IMG/VR virus record: IMGVR_UViG_3300048576_000482
Location: 1 to 59,017 of that record
Length of the DNA stretch: 59,017 nucleotides
Strand: one strand, 5' to 3'
DNA from: a virus
Taxonomy: Duplodnaviria; Caudoviricetes
Position numbers and translations under genes: made by a program
Notes under the pieces: model-generated
Seen by the model: the letters and a program-made list of their open reading frames with translations, nothing else
Databases searched by the model: none
What the model was told of the DNA's origin: nothing
Shown here: in pieces, positions 8,415-19,500 of the stretch
Position numbering within the stretch: the first letter of the stretch is position 1
Layout: every line of letters begins with the position of its first letter

Positions 8415-11400
8415 TTGAGTCAATTAACCAACCTCTCAAACACCGAAATCATCATCGGCCATACCGCCGATTCCCACATAGACGAACTTACCGGACCAGA
8501 ATTGAATGGGGCCAATTTACGGCTTGCTGATACTCAAAGATGCCTTAATGACATATTAAATGGATTCCGCCGGGAGAAAGTCGATGTAATTGTCCATGCT
8601 GGTGATTTATTTGATAAGGCAAAGTTATGGAGCGATCGGACGTTACAAAACCTTTCGGTATCGATTGATTTTCTGAGATCGTGCGCCGAGCTCGCCCCAA
8701 CCGTGATAATCATGGGAACCGATAATCATGATAATCCGGGTAACTTCGAGGTACTTAAAAAACTCGGTATCCCCAATTTATATGTCATTACGGAACCGCA
8801 AATTGTAATGGTTTTAACCAAAAAGGGATTTATTCAGGTGGCTGGGCTACCTGTTGTTGGCGAAGAGAATTTGTTGGATTGTGAATCGGATTCAACGGCA
8901 CATGATCTTTCGAAATTGTCAATTGAAGAGAAAAAAATGATTGCTATTAATGGATTGGTCGGTGTGATTAAATCCTTGGAATCCCAATTAAATTTAACCA
9001 TGCCGTCAATTCTAGTATGCCATTATGAAATCCAAGGATGTGAACGGGAAAACGGGACAATTTCATCTCGCAAAAAAGAAATTATCGTTCCCCTTGATGC
9101 GCTTACCAGCAGTCAATATAGTTTAATTTGCGCTGGTCACATCCACAAGGCCCAACGATTACAATCCATTAAACCAATTTATTATTCGGGTCCGCCGACC
9201 GGGATCGGATTCGGGGAAGAGGGACAACCCAAAGGATTTTATATTCACCGGCTTGGTTCTGGAGTTGTTCAATCCGATTTTATTAAAACTTCTTACCGAC
9301 GATTCTACACCATAAGTTTAACTCCGGAAGATGTTTCTTTTTGGAATAAAGATGGCGCGTTACTTATGGCTGATAAATTACCGCTTGTTCAAGATTCTAT
9401 TGTCCGAGTTAGTTACACCTGCTCCGACGAAGATAATAAGATCTTTAATAAACGTGCATTCGAGCAATATCTTTACGATCAAGGCGCCTTCTTTGTTCAT
9501 TCTATCACTCCGGAAAATGTTGTGTTATCCACTGTAAAACAGACCATTTCCGAGGGCGATGGTGTGACCGAAAATATCGATGCCTGGCTGAAAGATTATT
9601 TTTTAACCCTGGACATTACCACACGACCTGATCCGGACACCCAAGAAAAAATAATCACCAACGTTTTAAACTTGGCCCATCCAATCATCGCCCTGGCCAG
9701 CGCCAAGTCGCCCAGCGGAAAATTGTCCGGAGTATTCTCACTAAAAAGCCTTAAAGCAGTTAATTACCGAATGCACCGGAACAGTTTTATTGATTTTGAA
9801 AAAATCGGCTTTGCCATCGTCAACGGGAAAAACGGCACTGGTAAAAGTTCCTTTTTCTCAGATGCGTTGATTGATGGGTTTTTTGAGGAACCACGCAGCG
9901 GTGAAACTGGGAGTTGGATCACGAATGGTCAATGGGACGGTCTGATTGAGATTGTGTTTGAATTGAACTCCACATGGAAAGTTACCCGGCAGCGAAGCCG
10001 GAGGGGACAAGGTAAAATTGAACTAACTCTTCACGAGCTAGTGGGTGAAAACTGGGAGAATCGTTCCGGAGTAAACAAAGGGGAGACTCAAGCAAAAATC
10101 AACGCCCTGCTTGGAATGGATGCTGATACCCTTCGTTGTGTCGCTCTAGTCCAACAAGGACGATATGATCAATTTTTCAAAGCTGATCGCAAGGACCGGA
10201 TGCGGATATTATGTGCCATCTTAGGAATCGGCGTATACGAAGTAATTATGGAATTGGCGAAAGACCGGGCCAAAGAGATTAACCGGGAAATCGGGATGAT
10301 TAAAGACAAAGTCGCCGAGCTGGGCCAGAAACTTTCTGGGAAAGATGTGGTATTGGCTGAACTGGGATCGACTACATTAGATTTAGCCAGTTATCATCAA
10401 GACTTAAAACAGAAAGAATTCGCACATCAACAAACTTTGGAATTGATTGTCTCTCTTAATACCGAAATTGAAAAGACAAAGGGCATCAAGGAACAGATCG
10501 CCGCGTTGGAACAGGAAGTGTTAACAAAGAACCGGCAGGTTACGGAACAAGGCGAAATCATCCAAAAGATGAATAAACTCCTGGATAATCGAGCTGTGAT
10601 TACTGAAAAGGCCGTGGAATACGAAACGCTTAAAGAACAGCAGACCGCCTTGAACGCCAGAAAACCCCAACTTGAAAGCCTAGAACAGCAAGAAAAGCAA
10701 TTAAGTGAACAACTAAACCAACAAGAAAACACGGTCAAAACAGCTGAGAAAATCTTAGATAACCGGGCCGTTATCCTTGAAAAGGCTACAGAATGCGAAA
10801 CGTTGAAAGAACAACGAACGGCCTTGAATGCCAAGAAGCCGCAATTGGATAGCCTGGGACAACAGGAAAATCAATTGAGCAATGAATTGCATGAGTTAAT
10901 TATTGCGAGTGAAAAGCTTGGCGGTGACATTATAACTTTAGAAATGACGCTGACAAACCAGGACATAATTAAGCAAAACGCCGACTTATACCGAAAAAAC
11001 GCTCCAAAACTCGAAGCAATGAATGAGTTATCCATTAAACACCGGGATAAGCAAACAGAATGCCGCGAAATCGAAACCAAGCTTACTGTGGAAAACAACC
11101 GCTTAAAACATGAGTATTCGACAATCGAAACCGCGATCTCGCAAGCCGAACAAAAAGCCTTAATGCTTAATAATTCTGGCTGTATCGATTCAGCCAAAGC
11201 AGCATGTAATTTTTTAGCCGATGCGGTAACGGCGAACGCTTCTTTAAATGGGTTGCATGCAAAACTTGAAGAACTCAAGCATTCTGAACTGCGCCGTGAA
11301 CTAGCTGCTCAACTATCCCAGGCTAACGAAGAACTCGTCGCCATTCAATTCGATACTATAGAATTTGAGCGCTTAAAATCCGAAGTTATTCGACTTGCCC

Positions 11401-12629
11401 CGTTCGTCGAACAAGCGGCGCAAATTGATTCCAAGATGGAACTGCTTCAAAATTACCGAGATCAATTGCAAGCCAATTTGTTAAAACAAGAGTTGATTCA
11501 GAAACAATGCGCTGCTTTAACGCTGGAATATTCGGCCTTGAGTATCGAACTTGAACCGCTTGTTACCATCGATGCTAGAATTACCGAACTCGAAACCTAC
11601 GCTCGTCTAAAAGAGCAAATCCCGGCAGCGGAGTTAGCTGTTCAAACTGCCCAAAATCAAATACAAGCAATTCAATCCTCTTTGGATAGTTCTAGGCTTC
11701 AGAAGGATAGTTTAATTATCGAACTTGAACCGCTTGCTACCATCGATGCCAGAATTACCGAACTCGAAACCTACGCTCGTCTAAAAGAGCAAATCCCGGC
11801 AGCGGAGTTAGCTGTTCAAACTGCCCAAAATCAAATACAAGCAATTCAATTAGAAGTTCGAGAAAAGCAAAACAAAGCGGCATTTTTAACGCTCGACTTA
11901 CCTAAAAACGATAAACAAGTTGAGCTTGACCGGACCATTGAAGCCAAAAACTTCCTTGATCACGAATTGGGAACATTACGGACCAATATTAATAACTCGT
12001 CCACCAAGTTAGGACGGTTGCAATCCGTTGTTGAAGGTTATCAAAAGCAAGAAGCCGAGTTATCTGAAGCTCAGGAAAAGCTCGATACTTTGACTGAAAC
12101 CTGGAATAATTACAATCTGCTTATTAAAGCTTGCGGATTTGACGGCGTACCATTGGCAATCATCCGAAATATCATCCCAGAACTAACCAACCGAGCTAAT
12201 TATATCCTGGGACAAATGAGCCGGGGAACCATGGCCATCGAGATAATTATGGACAAGGAGCAGGCCAACGGCAAAGAAGTAGCTTGCCTGGATGTGAAAG
12301 TAAACGAGATTTATTCCGGATCGTTATCCTTCTCGGAACGTTCCGGCGGAGAACAGGTCCGTGCCGGGTTGGCGTTCGCGTTCGCCCTGAGTGATATTAA
12401 GGCCCGGAGAATTGGAATTCAAGTCGCGTTTATGGCTGTAGATGAACCACCGTTTTTGGATGAAGATGGTACGGAAGCATATTGTGACGCGCTGGAGTGG
12501 TTGTATGGTGAATTCCCACAAATGAAGGTAACGGCTATCAGCCACGACCCAAGAATGAAGGCCAGGTTTAAGCAGGAGATTAATTGCTGGAAAGATGATG
12601 AAGGATCGCATTTGAAACTGGTGGCTTAA
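8415..12629 (+). CDS. sbcCD: Fused SbcD-SbcC (Mre11-Rad50) nuclease-ATPase
   Basis: Phosphoesterase motifs HTADSH, HAGDLFD, NHD and AGHIH; Walker A GKNGTGKSS; long coiled coil; signature SGGEQ; Walker B AVDEP; ISHD. Confidence 0.92.
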   Translation: MSQLTNLSNTEIIIGHTADSHIDELTGPELNGANLRLADTQRCLNDILNGFRREKVDVIVHAGDLFDKAKLWSDRTLQNLSVSIDFLRSCAELAPTVIIMGTDNHDNPGNFEVLKKLGIPNLYVITEPQIVMVLTKKGFIQVAGLPVVGEENLLDCESDSTAHDLSKLSIEEKKMIAINGLVGVIKSLESQLNLTMPSILVCHYEIQGCERENGTISSRKKEIIVPLDALTSSQYSLICAGHIHKAQRLQSIKPIYYSGPPTGIGFGEEGQPKGFYIHRLGSGVVQSDFIKTSYRRFYTISLTPEDVSFWNKDGALLMADKLPLVQDSIVRVSYTCSDEDNKIFNKRAFEQYLYDQGAFFVHSITPENVVLSTVKQTISEGDGVTENIDAWLKDYFLTLDITTRPDPDTQEKIITNVLNLAHPIIALASAKSPSGKLSGVFSLKSLKAVNYRMHRNSFIDFEKIGFAIVNGKNGTGKSSFFSDALIDGFFEEPRSGETGSWITNGQWDGLIEIVFELNSTWKVTRQRSRRGQGKIELTLHELVGENWENRSGVNKGETQAKINALLGMDADTLRCVALVQQGRYDQFFKADRKDRMRILCAILGIGVYEVIMELAKDRAKEINREIGMIKDKVAELGQKLSGKDVVLAELGSTTLDLASYHQDLKQKEFAHQQTLELIVSLNTEIEKTKGIKEQIAALEQEVLTKNRQVTEQGEIIQKMNKLLDNRAVITEKAVEYETLKEQQTALNARKPQLESLEQQEKQLSEQLNQQENTVKTAEKILDNRAVILEKATECETLKEQRTALNAKKPQLDSLGQQENQLSNELHELIIASEKLGGDIITLEMTLTNQDIIKQNADLYRKNAPKLEAMNELSIKHRDKQTECREIETKLTVENNRLKHEYSTIETAISQAEQKALMLNNSGCIDSAKAACNFLADAVTANASLNGLHAKLEELKHSELRRELAAQLSQANEELVAIQFDTIEFERLKSEVIRLAPFVEQAAQIDSKMELLQNYRDQLQANLLKQELIQKQCAALTLEYSALSIELEPLVTIDARITELETYARLKEQIPAAELAVQTAQNQIQAIQSSLDSSRLQKDSLIIELEPLATIDARITELETYARLKEQIPAAELAVQTAQNQIQAIQLEVREKQNKAAFLTLDLPKNDKQVELDRTIEAKNFLDHELGTLRTNINNSSTKLGRLQSVVEGYQKQEAELSEAQEKLDTLTETWNNYNLLIKACGFDGVPLAIIRNIIPELTNRANYILGQMSRGTMAIEIIMDKEQANGKEVACLDVKVNEIYSGSLSFSERSGGEQVRAGLAFAFALSDIKARRIGIQVAFMAVDEPPFLDEDGTEAYCDALEWLYGEFPQMKVTAISHDPRMKARFKQEINCWKDDEGSHLKLVA
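10581..10890 (+). repeat. Diverged 174-bp (58-aa) tandem duplication, N-arm of coiled coil
   Basis: LDNRAVITEKAVEYETLKEQQTALNARKPQL at 10581 and LDNRAVILEKATECETLKEQRTALNAKKPQL at 10755. Confidence 0.9.
11544..11849 (+). repeat. Near-identical duplication with 174-bp (58-aa) period, C-arm of coiled coil
   Basis: 11544-11675 vs 11718-11849: 132 nt with 2 mismatches. Confidence 0.95.
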
Positions 12630-12653
12630 AAATTAAAATCGGAGGCGGCGTAA

Positions 12654-12872
12654 ATGTTAACCATCCCGGAAACCAAAACATTTATTGATCCTCAAGGCTT
12701 TGAAGTAATGGTCTGCCAGGATATTGATACCCAGGAGTTTGGATCATATTATAAGCTTCCATCCGGCTCTTTAGTCCGGGTGGAAAATATCCCCATGATG
12801 CAGAGTCCATTTCGCGCCCAGGATATGCTGGACGAGTATGCGACGGACAGGGGATGGAAGGTGAAGAAGTGA
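12654..12872 (+). CDS. Hypothetical protein
   Basis: GGAGG RBS. Confidence 0.65.
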   Translation: MLTIPETKTFIDPQGFEVMVCQDIDTQEFGSYYKLPSGSLVRVENIPMMQSPFRAQDMLDEYATDRGWKVKK

Positions 12873-13075
12873 GTAATAATAATAATTCCGGCAAAACTCG
12901 TAAAATCCCTGGATATGACGATGCTGTTCGAGCCATCAATATTATCCAGGAACATATGAATCAATTGCCCACTGGTTCCGAAGGCCGATTTCAATTGGCT
13001 TATGCAATTGGTGTTATTAAAGGCGGATTTTTGATTTCGGATAGTGATTTGGAGTTGGAGAATAATCATGGCTAA
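12869..13075 (+). CDS. Hypothetical protein
   Basis: GTG start overlapping the upstream stop; operon context. Confidence 0.5.
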   Translation: MSNNNNSGKTRKIPGYDDAVRAINIIQEHMNQLPTGSEGRFQLAYAIGVIKGGFLISDSDLELENNHG

Positions 13076-13571
13076 AAAAATTGAAATAACTGAACAAGTT
13101 AAACCCAAGCGTATGCGCCTAACCAAACAAGAAGCAGATCCAATCTTTCAAAAAGCCCGAAATAATTACCGTCTATGGCGACGCTATAATAAATTAAACA
13201 ATAAAGGCTTTTTCGTTGTATATAACGATTTTAAGGAAACCAACATTTTAAGTAGAATCAGCGGGAACGCTTGCCGGTTATATCTGTATCTTGGAATCGT
13301 ATCTAAAAATGAAACCGGTGAATCATGGCATAGCAATGAGTTGATCGCTGAATATTTTAATTGTGATATTCGCAGTGTCAAGCGATGGTTTGTGGAACTT
13401 CAACAGGTCGGATTAATTAACCGGGTTCAAAAGGGAGCAATGCGACGGGCCAATACATTTTTATTGCCATATCCCGAGAATTATCAAACAATTGATGAGA
13501 TTGATGAGAAGGAAGAAAAAGACTTAAAAAAGAAAAGCCGGATTGATCTGGCGATAGCACTGGTGAAGTAA
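13068..13571 (+). CDS. Winged-HTH DNA-binding protein (replication-organizer-like)
   Basis: ISGNACRLYLYL...SWHSNELIAEYFNCDIRSVKRWFVELQQVGLINR pattern. Confidence 0.7.
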   Translation: MAKKIEITEQVKPKRMRLTKQEADPIFQKARNNYRLWRRYNKLNNKGFFVVYNDFKETNILSRISGNACRLYLYLGIVSKNETGESWHSNELIAEYFNCDIRSVKRWFVELQQVGLINRVQKGAMRRANTFLLPYPENYQTIDEIDEKEEKDLKKKSRIDLAIALVK

Positions 13572-13572
13572 C

Positions 13573-13803
13573 ATGGTCTATCTAATTCATTTCGACCGCC
13601 CTTTTAAACATGCCCGGCATTATATCGGCTACGCGCACGATCATCTATTCGACTCCCGGATAGAGTGTCACCGCAAAGGACACGGAGCCTGCATTATGCG
13701 AGCCGTCAATGAGGCCGGAATAAAGTGGCAAGTGGTCCGCACCTGGCCGGGTAGTGCATATTTGCAGCTTTTCAAATCGAAATATCGTGCCTTCTGGAAA
13801 TGA
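13573..13803 (+). CDS. GIY-YIG-like nuclease, short and possibly truncated
   Basis: VYLIHF...HYIGYA...RIECHRKGHGA. Confidence 0.6.
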   Translation: MVYLIHFDRPFKHARHYIGYAHDHLFDSRIECHRKGHGACIMRAVNEAGIKWQVVRTWPGSAYLQLFKSKYRAFWK

Positions 13804-13886
13804 TTTGATTAAATACAGTCCAAAGTGGTGTCCGAAACGAAGCAGTTAATAATTTATAAATAGATTTAGAATCGAAGGTGACTTAA

Positions 13887-16337
13887 TTGGCCAGATCGTC
13901 AGCCGCATTAAAAAAAGAGTCGGCACAGCAAGCCGAACAAAATCAAATAACTATAACCGGTACCCTAACCGACGGTCGTATCCATCGAAACAATTTTGCA
14001 ACCATAAAAATACTGCCCGAAGGCGAACCGTTCCCGATTAGTGCCGTGGGTTTCATGGACTCGCTCCGGAAAGGTGATACATATCAATTATCCGGTAATT
14101 ACACCAATCATCCGACCTATGGCCGCCAGTTTAACTTTAAATCCGCCGCGTTGATAATGCCGACTGGTACCGCCGGACGTACTAAATATCTGGCAAATGC
14201 CATCTCCGGTATCGGACCGGCCAGGGCAGCTAAATTACTTTTTGCTTTGGAAGAATTCTATCCTGGCCAGGACAGTTTTGAATTAATCAGGACTAATCCG
14301 GATGTGTTAAAACGTCCTGAATTATACTCCATCCTTTCCGAATCACAGCGTCAAGAATTAATTGAGGACCTATCAAAAAATTCCGTCTTATCCACCCTGG
14401 CCGGGATGATTATTCGTGACGGTGTGGGAATGGGTACCGTAATCAAAATTTATAATACCCCTGGATTCGGTAAAAATGCCGTCCAAAAAATCAAAGATAA
14501 TCCTTATTGCTTGGCGGATGAAGTTTTTGGTATCGGTTTCATCAAAGCCGACGAAATCGCCCAGGCTATTGGAATCAATCCAAAATCTCCATATCGAATT
14601 AAAGCGGCCATTAACTACATACTGAATGAGGGTGCCAGCGACGGCAACTGCTTTTTAACTCCAAACGAGATTCAACGGGAATTGTTAGGTGGCCGGAAAC
14701 AGTTTGGAAATAAAATGTTACCGGTTAAAGGGCTACTTGCTAATTCCGGAATACAAACCATTCCGGATATCCGGGATGCCAATTATGCGCTTATCGACGA
14801 GGGACGTTGCATCCGTGAGGGAGACGCCATTTACTCGACAGAGCTTTATTTGGCGGAATGCGCTGTGGCTCAAATGATATGCAAATTATTGTTGCAAGAA
14901 CGTTCTAAGAGTGATTTACGACTACTCGAAACCGAGCAATTAGAAAAACAAATTTCCGATATCGAGAGCCGCGATGGAATTGAATACGCTCCTGAGCAAC
15001 GGCAGGCAATTATACAAGCTCTTCAAAATCCGCTCTCGGTGATCACTGGAGGTCCCGGAACTGGAAAAAGTACTGTTTTGAACGCAGTAATCCAGATTTT
15101 TAAACGGCTGTTTCCGGGACAAGAATTATATCTCTGCGCTCCCACCGGTAAAGCAGCCAAGCGGATGAACGAGGTTACCGGGGAACCGGCAAAAACAATT
15201 CATCGATTACTAAGATATAATCCGATGTGCGGCGGTTTTGAATATGGCGAAGGTAATCCCCTTCCTGGACCGGGCCTTTTAATTGTGGACGAATTTTCGA
15301 TGGCAGACATTTTGATTACCCGAGATTTTTTATCAGCGGTTGAAAATTTGCAAATTATCTTTGTAGGTGATGTCGATCAGCTCCCTTCGGTGGGTCCCGG
15401 ATCAGTGCTCCGCGATCTAATTAATTGTGGACATATTCCAACTACCCGTTTGAAATTTAACTTCCGGCAAGCTGGCGGGAGCCGAATCGCTGAGTATGCA
15501 AATTACATCAACCAGGGCGAAATGATACCTCTTTGCTCCGATAGAGATTTCGAATATTCGCTTATCGAGTCGGTTGATCATGCCGGTGATAATGCCGCGG
15601 CAGTTATATTACAATACGTTACTAATCTGGCCGCATCCGGTTATTCTCCAATGCAGTACCAGGTTCTTTCCCCAATGAATAAATTTGCTTCCGGGGTAAT
15701 CAATCTTAACGACAAGATCCGGGAAATTGTCAATCCTCCGTCACTGGATAAGCCGGAACTCGGTTTTTTTAGGCTCAGGGATAAGGTGATGGTGATTAAA
15801 AACAACTACCAGCTAGGGGTGTTTAATGGAGATTTAGGCCAAATTATCCATGTTCAAAAAGGCGAGAAAAGCTTTTTAACCATTGATTTTGGTGATTATT
15901 CCGTTGATTTTGCTCAGGAAGATTTGAAATTACTTACTCACGCCTATGCAACCACGATTCATAAAAGCCAAGGCGCGGAATTTCCGATTGTTATTGTCCC
16001 AATCACGTTCCAGCATACAATTATGTTGCTTAGAAATTTACTTTACACTGCGTTAACCCGGGCCAAAAAACGGCTCGTGTTGATAGCCGACGGCAAAGCG
16101 GTCAAGTTTGCCATTGATACAAATATCGCTCAGGACCGTAACAGCTTGTTGGTGGAGAGAATTAAAAAAATAATGAACGAAAGGAGGCGAAATAATCAAA
16201 TGTGTGATCAGGAAAACATTAATGGCATCGGCATAGCTGAATCCGTAATCGAAAACACGGAAGCAGCGACGAATGAAATAACCGCCGATACCATTGAACC
16301 GGCCAGTGAAGGTCAAGAAGAATCCCAGGAGTCCTAA
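13887..16337 (+). CDS. recD2: RecD2-like SF1B helicase
   Basis: HhH ISGIGP and FGIGFIKAD; Walker A GGPGTGKST; APTGKAA, TIHRLL, VDEFSM, GDVDQLPSVGPG, TIHKSQG and YTALTRA. Confidence 0.93.
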   Translation: MARSSAALKKESAQQAEQNQITITGTLTDGRIHRNNFATIKILPEGEPFPISAVGFMDSLRKGDTYQLSGNYTNHPTYGRQFNFKSAALIMPTGTAGRTKYLANAISGIGPARAAKLLFALEEFYPGQDSFELIRTNPDVLKRPELYSILSESQRQELIEDLSKNSVLSTLAGMIIRDGVGMGTVIKIYNTPGFGKNAVQKIKDNPYCLADEVFGIGFIKADEIAQAIGINPKSPYRIKAAINYILNEGASDGNCFLTPNEIQRELLGGRKQFGNKMLPVKGLLANSGIQTIPDIRDANYALIDEGRCIREGDAIYSTELYLAECAVAQMICKLLLQERSKSDLRLLETEQLEKQISDIESRDGIEYAPEQRQAIIQALQNPLSVITGGPGTGKSTVLNAVIQIFKRLFPGQELYLCAPTGKAAKRMNEVTGEPAKTIHRLLRYNPMCGGFEYGEGNPLPGPGLLIVDEFSMADILITRDFLSAVENLQIIFVGDVDQLPSVGPGSVLRDLINCGHIPTTRLKFNFRQAGGSRIAEYANYINQGEMIPLCSDRDFEYSLIESVDHAGDNAAAVILQYVTNLAASGYSPMQYQVLSPMNKFASGVINLNDKIREIVNPPSLDKPELGFFRLRDKVMVIKNNYQLGVFNGDLGQIIHVQKGEKSFLTIDFGDYSVDFAQEDLKLLTHAYATTIHKSQGAEFPIVIVPITFQHTIMLLRNLLYTALTRAKKRLVLIADGKAVKFAIDTNIAQDRNSLLVERIKKIMNERRRNNQMCDQENINGIGIAESVIENTEAATNEITADTIEPASEGQEESQES

Positions 16338-16473
16338 GCTCCTCAGATGGCCAAAAAACCGGTAAAAAACAATTGAATAATAGTCAATTCGTGATCCAAA
16401 GTTAAAAGCAAGATTAAAAGTAAAGCACTTAAAAAAAACAAAGCACTTAAAAGCAAAAATATTCCCTAAAAAA

Positions 16474-16509
16474 GCCTACCCGCCGTCTGTGTGTGAGCGG
16501 CGGGTAGGC
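16474..16509. terminator. GC-rich hairpin
   Basis: GCCTACCCGCCG...CGGCGGGTAGGC flanked by A-tracts. Confidence 0.6.
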
Positions 16510-16546
16510 GTAAAAAATACAATAGCTTTACCAAGGAGCTATTTGG

Positions 16547-19500
16547 ATGCCTAATTCGAACTCAGATCTAGATACAATTTTAAAGCAGCTCGACAAAGAG
16601 GCTTTTTTAAACTCTTTGGGGTTACAAAAAAACAGGAATGGCAGGTGGTATGTGGACTGCCCGTTTTGTGGCGGGAAAGAAAAATTAAGTATTAATGTTG
16701 ATAATGGCCTATGGAAATGTTTTAAGGATAACTGCCCAGGCGGCCAGGGAAATATTATTACGTTATACGCTAAAATGCAGGATTGCACCAACGGCGAAGC
16801 GGTTAAAGCGATCAAAGAATTTGCTGGAATCGAGGATGAGTCGAAATTTGGCCAATCTAGTAAATCAAAAAAAACCATAAAAAAAACGGTATCGCCTAAA
16901 GTTAATGATATTCCTGATGCAGATCAAACCGGTGGTGATGACATTCCGCCTTGGGAAGATCCGGTGTCTACCGAAGAGGGGACCCATCTTCCGGACAAAT
17001 ATGTCGAATCTGCAATCAACGCGGAAACGGCGCTTTCCCAGAATATCTATTCCGAATTGGTAAAACTGGCTCACTTGACAGACGCGCACCGGAATGAGCT
17101 CCGGACCAAAAGAGGATTTACAGACGACACAATTGAGCGGCTGTCGTTCCGCTCCGGCGGTCCATATATGGTTCAGATTATTGAAACTTTAAAAGGGAAA
17201 TTTACGGCCGAGGATTTAAGGAAAGCGGGAATACTTTTTGAAGTTAACGGCAAGTTGGTTCCCAATAAGCAATTAATTGATCCTGTAATCAAGCTTACCA
17301 AGGACGGTAAAGAGAAAACGCACTCGAATATTTTAATTCCATATCCGGACGAATATGGCCGATTTGTTTATTTACGATCTCACAAGCTTGGTTTTAAAAA
17401 CGTTCCAATCCAAATTTACTGCCGAATGTTTTTGGCCGAAGCACGAGCCGCCGGATTTGACTGGACTTTTATAACCGAAGGGGAGTTTAAAGCCGGAGCA
17501 CTTCGCCAATTAAAATTTCCCTCATTTGCCATTCCAGGTGTCGGCAGTTTTAGTGATACCCGGTTCGATGAACTGGTTTCACTCCTTAAAGAATTTGGCA
17601 TTAAAAAAGTAATATGGCTCTTTGATAATGAAATAAAAGACAACCCGGATTTTGATAACTACAAACAAAAACCGGAAAAGCGTTATGATACCGAATTCTA
17701 TTCCTATATCATGGCGTACAAATTTCATAAAGCCGGTTTTGTATCACTTATTGGAAAATTGCCTGACGAGTGGCGCCAAAAAGGGAAAATTGATTGCGAT
17801 GGCGCCGTGGCGCTTGGGAAAAAACATGATGATTTTTTACCCATAATCAACAAAGCCAAGACTCACAATGAATTTATCAATCAACTTCCAGATGACGCCC
17901 AGCGTATAGTCAAACGTAAAAATGCCAAATATTTTTTGGAAACCAAGTCACCAATAACCAGAGAGTTCAATAAATACGTTATTACCCATAAAAAAGGCGA
18001 AGAAAACGAATGGGAAGAGACAATCAGTAATTTTATCATTAACATCAAATCATCTTTTTTTACTCCAGATGGGGTGATCCGAAATATCCAGTTGGTCAAC
18101 GAATTTGGGGAAACTTCCGCGACGTTTGCCATGACTCCCGGCAATATGGCCGGACTGCACGAGTTTAAACAGTTTTGTTTTTCCAAAGGGAACTACCTTT
18201 TCAAAGGCAGTTCTGATGATCTTTTAAAAATATGGGAATTTGAATTTGCCCGGGATGTGGGAGACTTAATCTATATGCCGGAAGGAATTGGCCGAGTAGA
18301 TAACGATGTCTGGTTATTTGCCAATGCCGCAATCCATGAAGGGAAAATATACCGCCCGGATTCGGACGGAATTATGTGGATTAACGGGAAAGGGTATAAA
18401 CCGCAATCAATCCAGATTAATGCCCATGGTGAAAGTACTAATGAATCGATTCCGGCTCTATCGGAAAAACCTATTGATTTAGCGGATTTAGCCCGTAAAA
18501 TGCGGCAAACGGTTGGAGGCTACGAGGCTTATATGGGGCTTGGCTGGGTGATCGCCACACTATTCAATGATGATATTTTTGATGTATACAAGTGCTGCCC
18601 AATCTTTTTTCCCCACGGAAAACGCGGTTCAGGCAAATCGACTTTTGCACGGTGGCTGATCCGGTGTTTCGGGATTGAACTTGAAGGTACTGGCCTGGCT
18701 GATACGACTGCCCCTTATATTTCGCGCGCAGTATCATTTTATAGTTCGCTAGGGGTTCCTTTTGAAGAATATCGTAATGAGCAAAAGGTAAAACAAAAAG
18801 ACGGCCTTTTTCGCGGGTTATATAACCGGCAGTTCTCCGGCAAAGGGACTAATACATCGATTTACACCAGAGCTTTTAATGTAAATGCAAATATATTGAT
18901 TGTTGGCGAAGAATTACCCGGAGACAATGGATTATTTACCCGTTTGATCCCAGTGCAGATTTCGGAACACAAACGGGATCGCACTCACTACGAATACTTA
19001 AATAGGCATATGACATCATTCTCATATTTAACGTATTACGTAATAATGAATTTTACCGAGTTAAAGCCCAAAATAATGGCTAATATCGCTGAATTAAAAC
19101 AAATGCTACTATCCAGAGACATTAGTGACCGGACGGCTGAAAACTGGGCGATATGTGCCGGAGCTTTTTATACAGTGATACTGCAAGACGATGAGTTTAT
19201 TCGATGGGTTGAAAAAGCTTGCCAAGAAATCAAGCAGACCGGCGAAAAAGAACATATGTTGAATCAGTTTTTTCATGGAGTATCGGTACTTGTCAACGAA
19301 CATAAGCTTAATTCATCCCACATTTGTTTTGACAGATCTAAGAACTATATTGCCATATGGACCGGGGTGTATGATATTTGGTCTGAGCATTACCGGAAAG
19401 TCACCGGCAACGATCCGTTCGACGAACTATCTATTCGCAAATACCTAATGGATGAGCCATATTATTTAAAAACCGAAAAAATTACTTTCTTTGGAAAAGA

